DNA of 20,000 nt from Neophaeotheca triangularis (GCA_054600435.1 BAAIJX010000031.1:236739-256738), one strand, 5' to 3'. Shown: positions 1-10,289, counted from the first letter of the stretch. Numbers and translations: made by a program. The notes: a model not told the origin generated them from the letters alone.

Positions 1-901
1 TCTTGATACACCAGATCTTTGACGTTTTCGAGACTACCTGTACGCACCTTGACAAGTCGCATCGTGATCTCCTCGCTGTCGGCCAGAACATTGTTAAGGC
101 GGCGCGGGAGCCTCGCTTTTTAGCACCGGGAAGTCGTGCTGTTTGATCAGCGTGCGGACATCGCCAAAAAAGACAACGTCATGCTGGCCGATGAGCCTCC
201 GGTTGTTCTCGTAAGCGATAGTGTAGGAGCTGTTAGCGCGATTCCCAAGCGTTTTCGAACGCATTATTGAGACAGTTATTGCTCTCGTGAATTCGTTGGA
301 AAAGCCTAATAGTGTAGGCGGTGACAGTCGTAAAGGGAGAGGCATTGTTCTTGTATTTCACGAGTTTTCGTAACTCCATCATTTCAGACGTGTATACTCT
401 CCTTCTAACAGCAGCATCTCTTTCTAGCGCAGCTGACGCGTTGGGAACACTTTTCCTTAGATTCGGCCAAACTTCTCCGCTTCGGACGCATAAGTCAAGG
501 ATGGGAGGACGTTTCTGGAAGGGGAACACGATTAACAAAGAGACAATTTCTGAATTCGCTCTGGAATATGACGGCAGCCAAGTACAGCCCAAATGACTGC
601 TCAGCAGATCAGAACACTTACTTCCACGCGCTGAGCTGAGAACTTCATGGCGTCTGAACCGAAGTAACAAATCGATAGTCGCATCAAGCCACGTCAGCGC
701 GAGTTGCATTCGCGATGACTAGGTCGAATATACCCTCTTCACACATACACAAGTAACGCTGCCCGTCAAGGTAGAGGTTGAAAGGAATACATGTGTGTGC
801 ATAGATAAATAGCATTGGTGTCGAGAATCCTCATCCGAGTCATCTACACAAATCGAAAACACTATTCGTAGCCATCTCCAAGTACAATTCCGCACACTTG
901 A

Positions 902-3900
902 TCACATCAGATAATGCGCCTGAGCCAGTGGGACTTCAGACATTGCTGGCGCACAACATTCAAGACCGTCGGCGACGACTGTCTGCTCATATAGTCAGCA
1001 TGACTTCGCTTCCTGACGTCCAAGGGTTGGGCGACTTACAAAGGTTTCTGGATCGACCTTCATCTTCGGCGTGGCTCCGTTGAATTTCATGTCATGTTTG
1101 CCGACACTTCGCGTGTCCTTCACAGCTTCCACTCTTTTACCGAGGCCATAAGAACCTACGGTGCCACTCGCGATACCCGCCGCGGAGACAAACATCACGC
1201 TCGCATGCGGGACCAGGGGCTGTCGGTATGAGCAGTGTTCTTTTTTGTGTTTGCTTGATGGACTCACTGAAAACATTGGCCTCGATAAGATTGGCTGTAC
1301 CGTCGCGATTCTAAGCTTCAGGGTTAGATTGGGCATGACGAGAAGACAGCGGGCACCTTACGATGCGTTTGGATCGCCCTGATACATAGTTAGTCAATCA
1401 CGCTTTGTCAATCACGCTTTGTCATGCAAGCAGTTCCAATGGAACTCACCATCTGGGCAGAGGCAATGAAGCCGCTCTTTAGGACTTGGAAAGGCTTCGT
1501 GCCAAATCTGGAGGGTTCCCAAATGACCAAATCGGCTAACTTCCCGACTTCGACACTTCCTACCACGTGGCTAATGCCTTGTGTAATGGCGGGGTTGATG
1601 GTATACTTGCTGATGTACCTCTTCACTCTGTGGTTGTCAGCGCCAGTGCCTTTGTCTTCATCTAGAAAACCTCGATGAACTTTGTTCGCATGAGCCGTGT
1701 TCCAGGTACGCGATATGGTTTCGCCACATCTACCCATTGCCTGAGAATCGGACGACATCATACTAATGGCCCCGAGGTCGTGTAATACGTCCTCAGCAGC
1801 AATAGTCTCTGCGCGAATCCGAGACTCAGCAAAGGCTATATCCTCCGGTATGTCTTTTGACAAGTGGTGACAGGACATGGCCATATCTAGGTGTTCGTCG
1901 ACCGTGTCTGTAGTAAAGGGGCACGTTGGGTTGGTACTGCTAGGAAGAACATTCGGGTACTCCACTAGTCGAATCAAGTCCGGAGCATGGCCGCCTCCTG
2001 CACCTTCGATATGATATGCGTGAATGGTTCGCCCTTTGAAAGAAGCCGCGGTCTGTTCCACGTAACCAGCTTCATTCAGTGAGTCGCTGTGGAGCTCGCA
2101 CTGAATATCGTGCTCGTCACACAATCTAGGTGGTTGTTAGCAAGCTAGCTAAGAACTGAAGCACATTACTTACGATAGACAGTTGTCAATGGATGAAGGC
2201 GTGCAACCCCAGTCTTCGTGTACTTTGAGACCCGCCACACCTGCGTTCGCCTGATCTCGTAGTCCAGGGATCCCTGTGTCACTTCCTTTGCCTAGTATCC
2301 CATAGTTCAGCGGCAAACGATCGCAAGCTTGCATCATGCGGCCAATGTTTTCCTTTCCAGGAGTGCAGTTAGCTGCCACGGTGGCGGTACTACTTTACAT
2401 TAGCACAGCTTCTTTTCTAGCTTCGAGGCAATAGTTCACCTTGGACCAGTCCCGCCACTGAATTGTGTGGTAATACCCGCAGCTAAAGCTTCTTCAGCCT
2501 GCTGAGGGCAAATGAAGTGACAGTGAGTGTCAATTCCCCCAGCAGTCACTATCTTGCCTTCTCCTGCAATGACATCTGTACATGACCCGACTACCAAGCC
2601 AGGGTTCACTCCATCCATTGTGTCGATGTTTCCGGCTTTCCCGAGCCCAGCTATGTGTCCTTTCTTGATGCCAATATCGGCCTTGAAGATGCCGGTCCAA
2701 TTGATGATGAGAGCATTCGTTATGACTAGATCGAGACACTCGTCATCGGATCGACCACTCGCCTGGCCGATGCCGTCCCGCAACGTCTTGCCTCCTCCAA
2801 AAGTGCACTCGTCGCCGTAGCTTGTGAGGTCCTCTTCCACCTTTACCCATAGATCAGTCGAAGAAAGCCGAACAAAATCGCCAACTGTGGGACCGTACAT
2901 GGAAGCGTAAGCCTGACGATCCATTTTGCAGGCTTCGAGTCGCCCTTCCGTCTCGGTCGCGACTTCCGGCGTGTGACAAAACCTCTCCTCCTCCAAACGA
3001 CGAAGTATAGTGCTCGCCATGGACAAGTCAATTCTGCCAGGTGCAATGCTACTTCCTCCTCGAATAGTCTTGAGACCCCCAATCTCAACCAGTGATACAG
3101 TCTTAGTATCTCCTGGTTCGAAGCGTACCGAGGTTCCGGCCGGAACGTCGAGATGATAACCGTAAGACCTCAACCGATCAAAATCCAAGCAAGGATTCGT
3201 CTCAATAAAATGGAAATGCGATCCAATCTGCTATCCTTCAGCATGTAGCAACACTAGTGGGTTTATGGGAAACCCAACATACCTGCACGGCACGATCACC
3301 TTTGTTGGTGACCTGGAGTCTTCGCCTTGGTCTCCCCTTACGTAGCACGACATCGGGGCCCTTCGCAGTGACAAGAGCCCCTGGCATCTTCTCATGCTCG
3401 AATTCTGACTCGTCAACCGGTGGAAAAACGTCCATTTTGGGCGGATCAATACAACTGCCGTACATCGCCAACGTCAAGTCCCCACCGTCTGTGGAGATGG
3501 GCTTGTCGACAGTAACAAGATGAGTGCCTGTTCGGAACGTTCCTTCTACCTGTAGACCAGCAACCGTGGAGGTGACGGATGGCTCCACGTGTCTGCGTCC
3601 CAGGATCTTTTGCCCGATTGACATGAGATCTGAGACAGTGTGGTCGCCATCGCGTATGAGCTGAGCATTCATCAGTCTCATGACAGTCTTGATGGCTATT
3701 GGTTCTCATCGCCAGACATACCTCGTGAATGACGCAGAATATGAGGGCCTACTTTCGTCAGCTACCAGGTACAATTGATTTCATAGATGGCCAGTACGTA
3801 CTGTGGCTTCAGTGCCGTTCAGCTTGATCCCCCTAGCAAGACGTCGTTGGGCGAGATACCCAGCTTGTGCAACTAGGAGTTTGTCTAGCTGTAGTGAAAG

Positions 3901-3973
3901 CGTCAGAATCACGGACAACAAGGCGGTCTGTTGTCAGGAGGGCTCGACTCGCCTCTCTCGGCATGAGATGCAT
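902..3973 (-). CDS. ure1: Urease (single-chain fused gamma-beta-alpha, fungal type), 11 exons, ~837 aa, apparently intact
   Basis: Manually spliced exons (- strand): 3973-3953, 3888-3802, 3748-3722, 3660-3283, 3227-2440, 2389-2174, 2125-1450, 1378-1362, 1310-1268, 1219-1040, 982-902. They total 2514 nt with phases consistent. The protein starts [27 protein letters not shown] and contains [35 protein letters not shown] and the Ni-ligand/catalytic motifs [58 protein letters not shown]. It ends [10 protein letters not shown]. Confidence 0.97.
1393..1424. repeat. 14-bp tandem duplication (GTCAATCACGCTTT x2 + GTCA) inside urease intron 7
   Basis: Read directly from the sequence. Confidence 0.9.
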
Positions 3974-4230
3974 TGTTCCAAAACGCTCACAAAACTCTCT
4001 TTGAGGGATGAAGTTGCTGTAGTGGGCAACCGAGAGAATTTGATCGGAGAGTGCACGATAGAGTGTGGGATGGGTTCCAAGTGGAGATGATTTCGAACGA
4101 ACTTCGTTGCCGTATGCGCACTTATGTTGTCTCCCTTCCAGGTGCTCACAAGACTCCACTAGCCGGGAGCAGCGTCTTGGCATGCGGGGTCGATCTTGGC
4201 ATCTTGGCTATCATGCTTCCGTATGAGCCG

Positions 4231-4241
4231 GCGTGACGTCA
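4231..4241. promoter_or_regulatory. CRE-like palindrome (GCG-TGACGTCA) in the urease/MFS divergent promoter; candidate bZIP site
   Basis: Perfect TGACGTCA about 260 bp upstream of the urease ATG. A near-identical 11-mer (GCGTGACATCA) occurs twice in the ureD/ureG promoter. Confidence 0.45.
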
Positions 4242-4501
4242 AAGGCGCCGTGTCGGAAGACTCCACAGTTGTGTACGGAAAACCTTAGCGGGAGGGTCCA
4301 CGCCGGCCTGCAATGGATGTGGCTTGCACGGAAGACGTTCGTGACAGCCTCGTCGGCTGTAGTACCACCTACCTCTGCATAGCTATATTTGCCTACGTGC
4401 TGCTTTTTGCCTTTTTAGCTGATATCCCTTTCCACGTTGATGCGGTATCTATCCCTCGCTCTAGCCGAACTTGTGCTCCTGGTGTCCTCTTCCACGCTAC
4501 T

Positions 4502-6010
4502 ATGAGTTTAGAGTTTAGCCCATTCGGACAAAACGGAAACGGCTGTAAGCCAGACTCTACTGGCTTCAAAAAGCGATCGAAAGAGCAAAACTTTACTGCT
4601 AACCAGGCTGACACACTCAATGGAAACCGTGGCTCATCCCAGGACCGCCACGATGAGAATAATGTGACGGAACAGCTGCACTCCCATCCTCAAAAAGACC
4701 ATGGAGCGAACGCCTGTGAGCGTGTCGAGACCTTGAAACTGGATAGAGGAGTGTTGAAGAAGATTGAGAAAAGCCTCGTCCGCAAACTCGACCTGATCTT
4801 AATCCCTAACGCTTGCATCTCGATCATCACGAAAAAAATTGACACAAACGATTACAAGGACGAATGACGACATGGGCCTTGAAGGCACTAAAGCCCTCAA
4901 CTGGCTCAATATCTACTTCAACATCGCTTTTGCCATCTTTATCGTTCCCTCGGTCATTATCATACCTCGCGTGCGCCTCTCCCTCTGGCTGCCTGCCCTT
5001 AACTCACACGGGGCGTGCTGACCGGACGCATGGCGCTGGCTAACACTCTGAATCAAATGTACACCCTTCGTTGGTCCATCGGCCTGTGTGAAGCAAGTAT
5101 GCAATAGCGACAGGGACGACAGACTGTGTCCGTTTGCCAACATGTGTTAGGCGGAGGGGGCCGACCTGACGGTCGCAAGGGTGCAAGTAGCGGGCGCGGG
5201 TGGTATTGGGGTAGCCCGGTATGGTGTAGAAAGGTAGGCACGCGGACATGACGGTCACGATGCAGTTGACTATGTAGAGCCAGCGCTAGCCGGGCAGGCC
5301 ACTGTGGTTATCGAGGGTCTGGTGAATGGCGCTCTGCACAGCGAGAGTGAACACGCTAACGGCACACGAACCTCATAGATGTTTTGCTCGGTGCTTAGCC
5401 ATCTCGCAAGACGTGTATCAGCTGAGGAGGACGGGGACTCCAGGCCACCCGTTGTTCGTACAAGCGTGCAGAGTGCTGCTTGGTTTAGAGGTCGCACTAC
5501 TCTTCTTAGCTTACGCGCCCTGGGCGTGGGCTCAGAATATTAACGCTTACTTCAACATCTACCTCGACAGCCTACGGCGGTACTCCATAACAGAAGTGAC
5601 GAATATAGCCGTTGCCGCTTATATGATTAGCATCACTGGCTCGCTGGTCTTCGCCTCTTTATCAGACCGCTTACAGGCCCGCTGGCAGCTCGCTATCTTC
5701 GTCAACGTTATTTAGCTCGGGCGCACTTGCATACTCGCCGTTCGGCCCAGAAGCACGGCTTTGAAGATGTTCGCCTCCCCGCTCAGTTTCATTACAGGTA
5801 TCAACGAGCCTTCGCTGCTCAGCTAGATAGGGGACACGTGCAAGGATTTACCAATCGAGCGGCCCTTCATCATCGCTTCGACGCTGTCGCAACCGTTCGT
5901 CGGCAACGCCAGTATGCCGCACGCTTTGTGGTCTGCAAGTCAAGTTCCTAACTACAAAAGTGGACACAAATTCGATGTTAGTATTTGCATGGCGAGTCTG
6001 TGGCGAATTG
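4502..6010 (+). pseudogene. MFS transporter pseudogene (ACS/Dal5 superfamily, Fen2/Liz1-like) with stops, frameshifts and an internal inversion (~5100-5470)
   Basis: + strand: EKSLVRKLDLILIP, LNWLNIYFNIAFAIFIVPS, RVRLSLWLPAL, MYTLRWSIGLCEA, then YFNIYLDSL...SDRLQARWQ and ASQVPNYKSG. The intervening MFS motifs WPG..LLS*YT.CEMAK and QSAIHQTLDNHSGLPG*RWLYIVN..PGYPNTTRARYL are on the - strand. Start and end coordinates are approximate. Confidence 0.85.
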
Positions 6011-6303
6011 TGTCGCGAGTTGCGCGGCGAGTTGCGTGGGAACACCGATTTATCGGGGTCTAATTGCTAAGTAGCGGGAGTGAGCGTATGCTTTCGTCTT
6101 GCTTTGCCAGTTCGAAGTAAACATAGAGAGCGAGTGACCAGCAATTTCGTATTTAATCTCTAGCACTACCCTCGCGCGAAAGTCTCCGGAAAACGCCGTG
6201 TTTGATGCTCCCACGAACCCTCTCCCTTCCGTCCTCATTCAACCTTTGAGCACCTGGGGAGCTAATTATCCCCAACCCTCCGCTACTATCTTCTAACGCT
6301 GAA

Positions 6304-7290
6304 TCAGCGATCTTGTAGACAGAGCAAGTATTGCTTGCCGAATTCCTTTTCCACAGTGCCGTCACTAGTCAAGAGATCTCTCAACCAATGTCGGGCATGT
6401 TCCACTGAGGTCGCTCCGAATCTGACGACAACGAAGTTGCGAACTGAAGTCGCCGTCCATGTAGGCTGATCTTTAGTTGGTTGGGGAAAGGTCGCACGTC
6501 CTTCGTTTTGGCATCCGATTGCGTCCGAATTTTGGGACCAATCTCTATCACCGGCACGCGGCTGACAAGCGTAATGTTGAAGAAAATGGTTTCCTAGGTT
6601 TTCAAATAAAGGCCCTCGGATGATGACTGTGCCAAAGACCCCTAGTTGCTCCATACGTTCCCGCAACGACTGCGTGAGTAAAGGAGACTTGGCGAAGAGC
6701 ATCGTGTTGTCTCTCAGTAGCAATCTTCCTCCTTTCTGCTCCTCTCCGTTCGTTTTCGTAGGCAAGGACCATACTTCGTTCCGTGCTCTCCACTCTGTGA
6801 GATCCCATCTCTCATTGCGTGCGCTCCTTCCCTCTGATACCCAGTCCAACAAGAGCAGACTAGAGCTGAGAGGATCAATCTCAAAAATTTGCTCTTGTCT
6901 GTATACACTCCCCCTGAAGGGCTGTACAGGATCCTGGAGAACCACTAAAGACGCGTTATCCCTGATGGTAACCTTTAAGGACTGCGTAGTGCACCTGACG
7001 TTTGGTAGGCTCCTGTAGATCTTTGTGCTTCCTTGTGTCAGGAGGCCTAAGCGAGCGTTGGAGAGTATTTCGGCATGGACTTCGATCTCGTCTCCGGCAA
7101 CAAGTCCACCTCCGTGGTTAAGGACAAAGACAAGTACTGCGCTTGCACCGGGCGGCGAGGATGGCGATATCAACCTCACAGGGTACGTGCAAGCAAGGGC
7201 CTCGACTTTGGAAGATCGCAGTCCAAATGGCCTTGCGCAAATATAGCCGCGACCACCGGTCTGGCCTGACTGTACGGACGCTGGACGCAT
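6304..7290 (-). CDS. ureD: Urease accessory protein UreD (fungal Ure4), single-exon ORF of 328 aa
   Basis: Motifs YPVRLISP, NHGGGLVAGD, LLTQGSTKIY, DPVQPF, LLDWVSEGRSARNERW, LLLRDN, VFGTVIIRGP, VVVRFGATSVE and FGKQYLLCL. The exact start codon is uncertain. Confidence 0.92.
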   Translation of the reverse strand: MRPASVQSGQTGGRGYICARPFGLRSSKVEALACTYPVRLISPSSPPGASAVLVFVLNHGGGLVAGDEIEVHAEILSNARLGLLTQGSTKIYRSLPNVRCTTQSLKVTIRDNASLVVLQDPVQPFRGSVYRQEQIFEIDPLSSSLLLLDWVSEGRSARNERWDLTEWRARNEVWSLPTKTNGEEQKGGRLLLRDNTMLFAKSPLLTQSLRERMEQLGVFGTVIIRGPLFENLGNHFLQHYACQPRAGDRDWSQNSDAIGCQNEGRATFPQPTKDQPTWTATSVRNFVVVRFGATSVEHARHWLRDLLTSDGTVEKEFGKQYLLCLQDR

Positions 7291-7371
7291 CGAGAAGAGT
7301 TTGCTCAGTAAAGGGGTTGATGGAAAATCTACAGACTTTCATCCTTGTTTCCTACAAAGCGTTAGTACCGA

Positions 7372-7540
7372 GATAATAAGTAACTTCTTTCACTGCGCTG
7401 ACTGCCCAGACCGTCGATGTCATGTTGGAGCGTATCAGCACTACGGTCAACTCTCTAATGCCCGATCAGCTCCGAGTTGAATTGGGATCCGAGCGTGACA
7501 TCATGATTGATCACTGGGTCCACGGGTGTCGGACGATAAG
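7372..7540. promoter_or_regulatory. Candidate GATA (AreA/NIT2-type nitrogen regulation) sites: AGATAA at 7372 and CGATAAG at 7534
   Basis: HGATAR matches between two nitrogen-metabolism genes. The motif is short and could occur by chance. Confidence 0.3.
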
Positions 7541-7613
7541 CTCCGAGTCAGCTGTGGACTCGAGCGTGACATCATGAAATGATCAGATCACTTTGGTTCC
7601 CGGGTGACGGCCG
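7468..7613. repeat. Imperfect direct repeat (period 71 bp, two copies) in the ureD/ureG bidirectional promoter
   Basis: Copies start AGCTCCGAGT at 7468 and 7539. An identical 17-mer CGAGCGTGACATCATGA lies at 7490-7506 and 7561-7577. Both copies end ...CGGGTG(T/A)CGG(A/C)CG. Confidence 0.9.
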
Positions 7614-7726
7614 CTGCCCAGATATACATCGAACCCATCCCCGCGCAGTATCATGAGTCTCTCCCCGTTCTCGCCCAAACGCATGTAACGTGCGCATTGT
7701 CTCTCGGATTCGGTTCTACATTCTAA

Positions 7727-8557
7727 ATGACCATGGCATCTCAATCTCTCTATCTTGCGAACGAAAGCCACTCCCATGCTGGAGAGGGTCACGGACACAC
7801 ACACGAGCTTCTGTCCGGACCTGGCTCGTTTACACTACGCGAGAAGCCGGTTGTCGAGGGTCGAGACTTTCACGAACGAGCATTCACTGTTGGCATTGGG
7901 GGGTTGGTCTCCCGCACATTCCCTACATGAGATCTCCTACGGACTTATAATGACATGTAGATTCATAGTCCTGTTGGGTCCGGCAAAACGGCCCTGATGC
8001 TCGAGCTTTGCATCGCGTTACGACAGAGTCACAGCATAGCCGCCGTAACTAACGACATCTTTACGCGCGAAGATTGCGAATTTCTCACCCAACATCATGC
8101 TCTACCTAGCGAACGTATTCGCGCGATCGAAACTGGTGGATGCCCGCATGCCGCTGTGCGAGAAGACATATCTGCGAATCTCGCGGCTCTGACCGACCTC
8201 CACCGAGACTTCGACACCCAGATTCTGTTGATAGAATCCGGGGGCGACAACCTTGCGGCTAACTATTCACGAGAGCTCGCGGACTACATTGTTTACGTTA
8301 TAGATGTGAGCGGCGGGGACAAGATTCCGAGGAAAGGTGGACCTGGGATCACTCAAAGCGATCTCTTAGTGGTGAACAAGACTGACCTGGCAGATATTGT
8401 GGGTGCTGATTTAGATGTGATGGAAAGAGATGCGCGAAAGATTAGGGATGGCGGACCGACTATCTTCGCGCAGGTGAAACACGGGAAAGGCGTCAACGAC
8501 ATAGTGGACTTGATACTGAGCGCATGGAGAAGTTGCGACGGCAAGAGTATAGAATAG
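7727..8557 (+). CDS. ureG: Urease accessory GTPase UreG (fungal Ure7), 2 exons (7727-7902, 7969-8557), ~254 aa
   Basis: Short His-containing N-terminus [14 protein letters not shown]-loop GIGG/PVGSGKT across a GT-AG intron (7903-7968), then [46 protein letters not shown] and NKTD. Confidence 0.97.
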
Positions 8558-9009
8558 CAAACAAGAACAGGTAACATGACTTGCGGTAACGAATCAAGCT
8601 TTGATGTAAAGCAGTCTTTCTTATCACATATCTTTACGTGAATCCACAGAGCTTTGAACATCCAAGCAACGCCGTTTACGACCACATTGATCAACATTTG
8701 GGGGGAGGGGGGTGGTGTGTGAGTTGGATTAACGAGTCGCATGAAATATTCATCGCTGTACTTGTAATGTGGGGCTATCTATATCTCTATTTACATTCGA
8801 GCATGGAGTCGATGAGACCATCCACCAGCTGCCCACTCAACGACGCATGTGTTCAAGCGAAGCCATAACAACGCTTTCAAGAATCTTTAACACTCCTTTC
8901 CTGATTCCTTCGAATCTTGACAGCCTTATCCTTGGCCCCACCGCGCACCCTCTCGCCATCGAGACTCCAATGAAAGGCAAAACCCTCATCCTTATGTCCG
9001 GGCAGATTA

Positions 9010-9367
9010 CCATCCCCCGGTCGCAAGTATTCATATCATGCGAACACCCCACAGCTAACACCCACCCGGTATGCCCCTCTAAAGTATGCATCGGGTACCG
9101 GTCCTAGCTCCTCGCAGTCTTATCCCCACTCATCATCTCGCCATGCTCGCACACACTCGCTGAACACCTCGTCACCGCCGTGACCTTGAAAACCGCCTCC
9201 GCCCTGTAGGAGATACCTAGCTCCAACTCAGCCGTTGTCTTGCCATCTACGTACGCTTTCACCACGACATTCTGGCTGGTTTCTCCGGTGTCGCCGAAAC
9301 GGTTGTAAAACCTGTACGTGACGCGATCAGAGGGCTCTTCGTCGCCTAAGAGACTGTTGAGAAGGAG
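9010..9367 (-). pseudogene. RSA4: Fragment of RSA4/Notchless-like ribosome assembly factor (NLE domain end plus first WD40 repeats), degraded
   Basis: Translation LLLNSLLGDEEPSDRVTYRF...GKTTAELELGISYRAEAVFKVTAVTRCSASVCEHGE..SGDKTARS*, then PMHTLEGHTGWVLAV and ILATGG. This resembles Rsa4 motifs as I recall them (AVFKVKPVTR..GHG; GDNTARIWD..TPMHTLKGH..WVL; IATGSMD). Confidence 0.72.
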
Positions 9368-9375
9368 CGGGGGAT

Positions 9376-9800
9376 ATTATCGGCGTACGGTCAAAGTCAG
9401 ACTGCAAATATCTATGTGGCCAACTCATGACGCGTTATTACGGCGAGCGCAACTTGATCGGACTCTCCCGCGATCCCGGTGGGATCATGACGGACCTTGC
9501 GAGGCACATATATCAGGCAGACTACGAGATGCTAAAGATCGATAAGTTGCACAAATACATCAGATCCGTTGACCAAAGCGCCGCAACTTCCGTCTGGGCC
9601 GCCGTGTCGCCGCACTTCTAGGGCGAAGGAAGGGGTGGGCATTCATCTGGGAGATTGTAGGGAGTATGGGTCTGCAAGAGGATACCAGCGGTCCTCCTGT
9701 GGCGTATGCAAATCATGCTTATGATAAGGAGATGGAGAGATTGTGGAAGAGGGGTCGCGACGCTACGGGTGTTTCTGCTGGGGACCGAGAGGCGCGGTAG
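9376..9800 (+). pseudogene. C-terminal fragment of a short-chain dehydrogenase/reductase (retinol-DH/WWOX-like)
   Basis: AYGQSQTANIYVAN (YxxxK altered to YxxxQ), frameshift, then LSRDPGGIMTDLARH, RSVDQSAATSVWAAVSPHF* and HAYDKEMERLW. The N-terminal Rossmann motif is absent. Confidence 0.8.
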
Positions 9801-10289
9801 GAGTTGAGCGGAGGCTCCCATCTGTTGGCAGGTCCATTTTCGCATATATAACCGATCAGTACAATGGATGGTTCCTTGTTTCAATTACCAGCAACACAAT
9901 AAGGTAACAGATCGTTTGAAATGCGACGATACGTGAAGATTTCTGAGCTTGTATACCTTTGGCCTGCTGTGATCAAAGTATATATGGTGCACACGAGTCG
10001 GGGCTTCTTAAACACTTACAGGTTTACAGCTCTTGATACGCATATTTGCGGAGAGCATGTGTAACTCGTACGAGCGTCCATGTCCACCAACGTACACAGT
10101 TGACGCTAATCAAACAATACATGACCATGAATGCGTCTCAACGTTAGCCCTTCGTGGCTATCGTACCACCTGTGGTAGGTAGCGCAGAGTATGCGGTCGG
10201 GATGTAGACCACCGGTGAGTGGTGTGGCTGGGGCGACGATTCATCTTGAGCGCCAGAGCCGACAGATAACCACATAGAATATCGCCTCC

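Noticed and set aside
1..720. ORFs 94-345(-), 233-709(-) and 321-596(+) as a possible UreF or other cluster gene
   Set aside because: I recognise no UreF or other family motif in the frames I translated. It may be a degraded gene, but no call is supportable without blastx.
7291..7342. Upstream ATG (7342) with an 'INPF' stretch in another frame, suggesting a frameshifted ureD start
   Set aside because: UreD N-termini are poorly conserved, and the 328-aa ORF already contains all recognisable motifs, so a frameshift cannot be supported.
902..8557. Recent horizontal transfer of a bacterial ure operon
   Set aside because: The urease is a fused single chain with 10 spliceosomal introns, ureG has an intron and a eukaryote-type N-terminus, and there is no ureE.
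1424..8742. Numerous short ORFs antisense or off-frame to urease, ureD and ureG
   Set aside because: Explained as shadow ORFs of the real genes.
8769..9107. ORF 8769-9107(+) 'MKGKTLIL' as the N-terminus of the SDR
   Set aside because: It lacks the TGxxxGIG motif, and the region is better explained by the RSA4-like fragment on the opposite strand.
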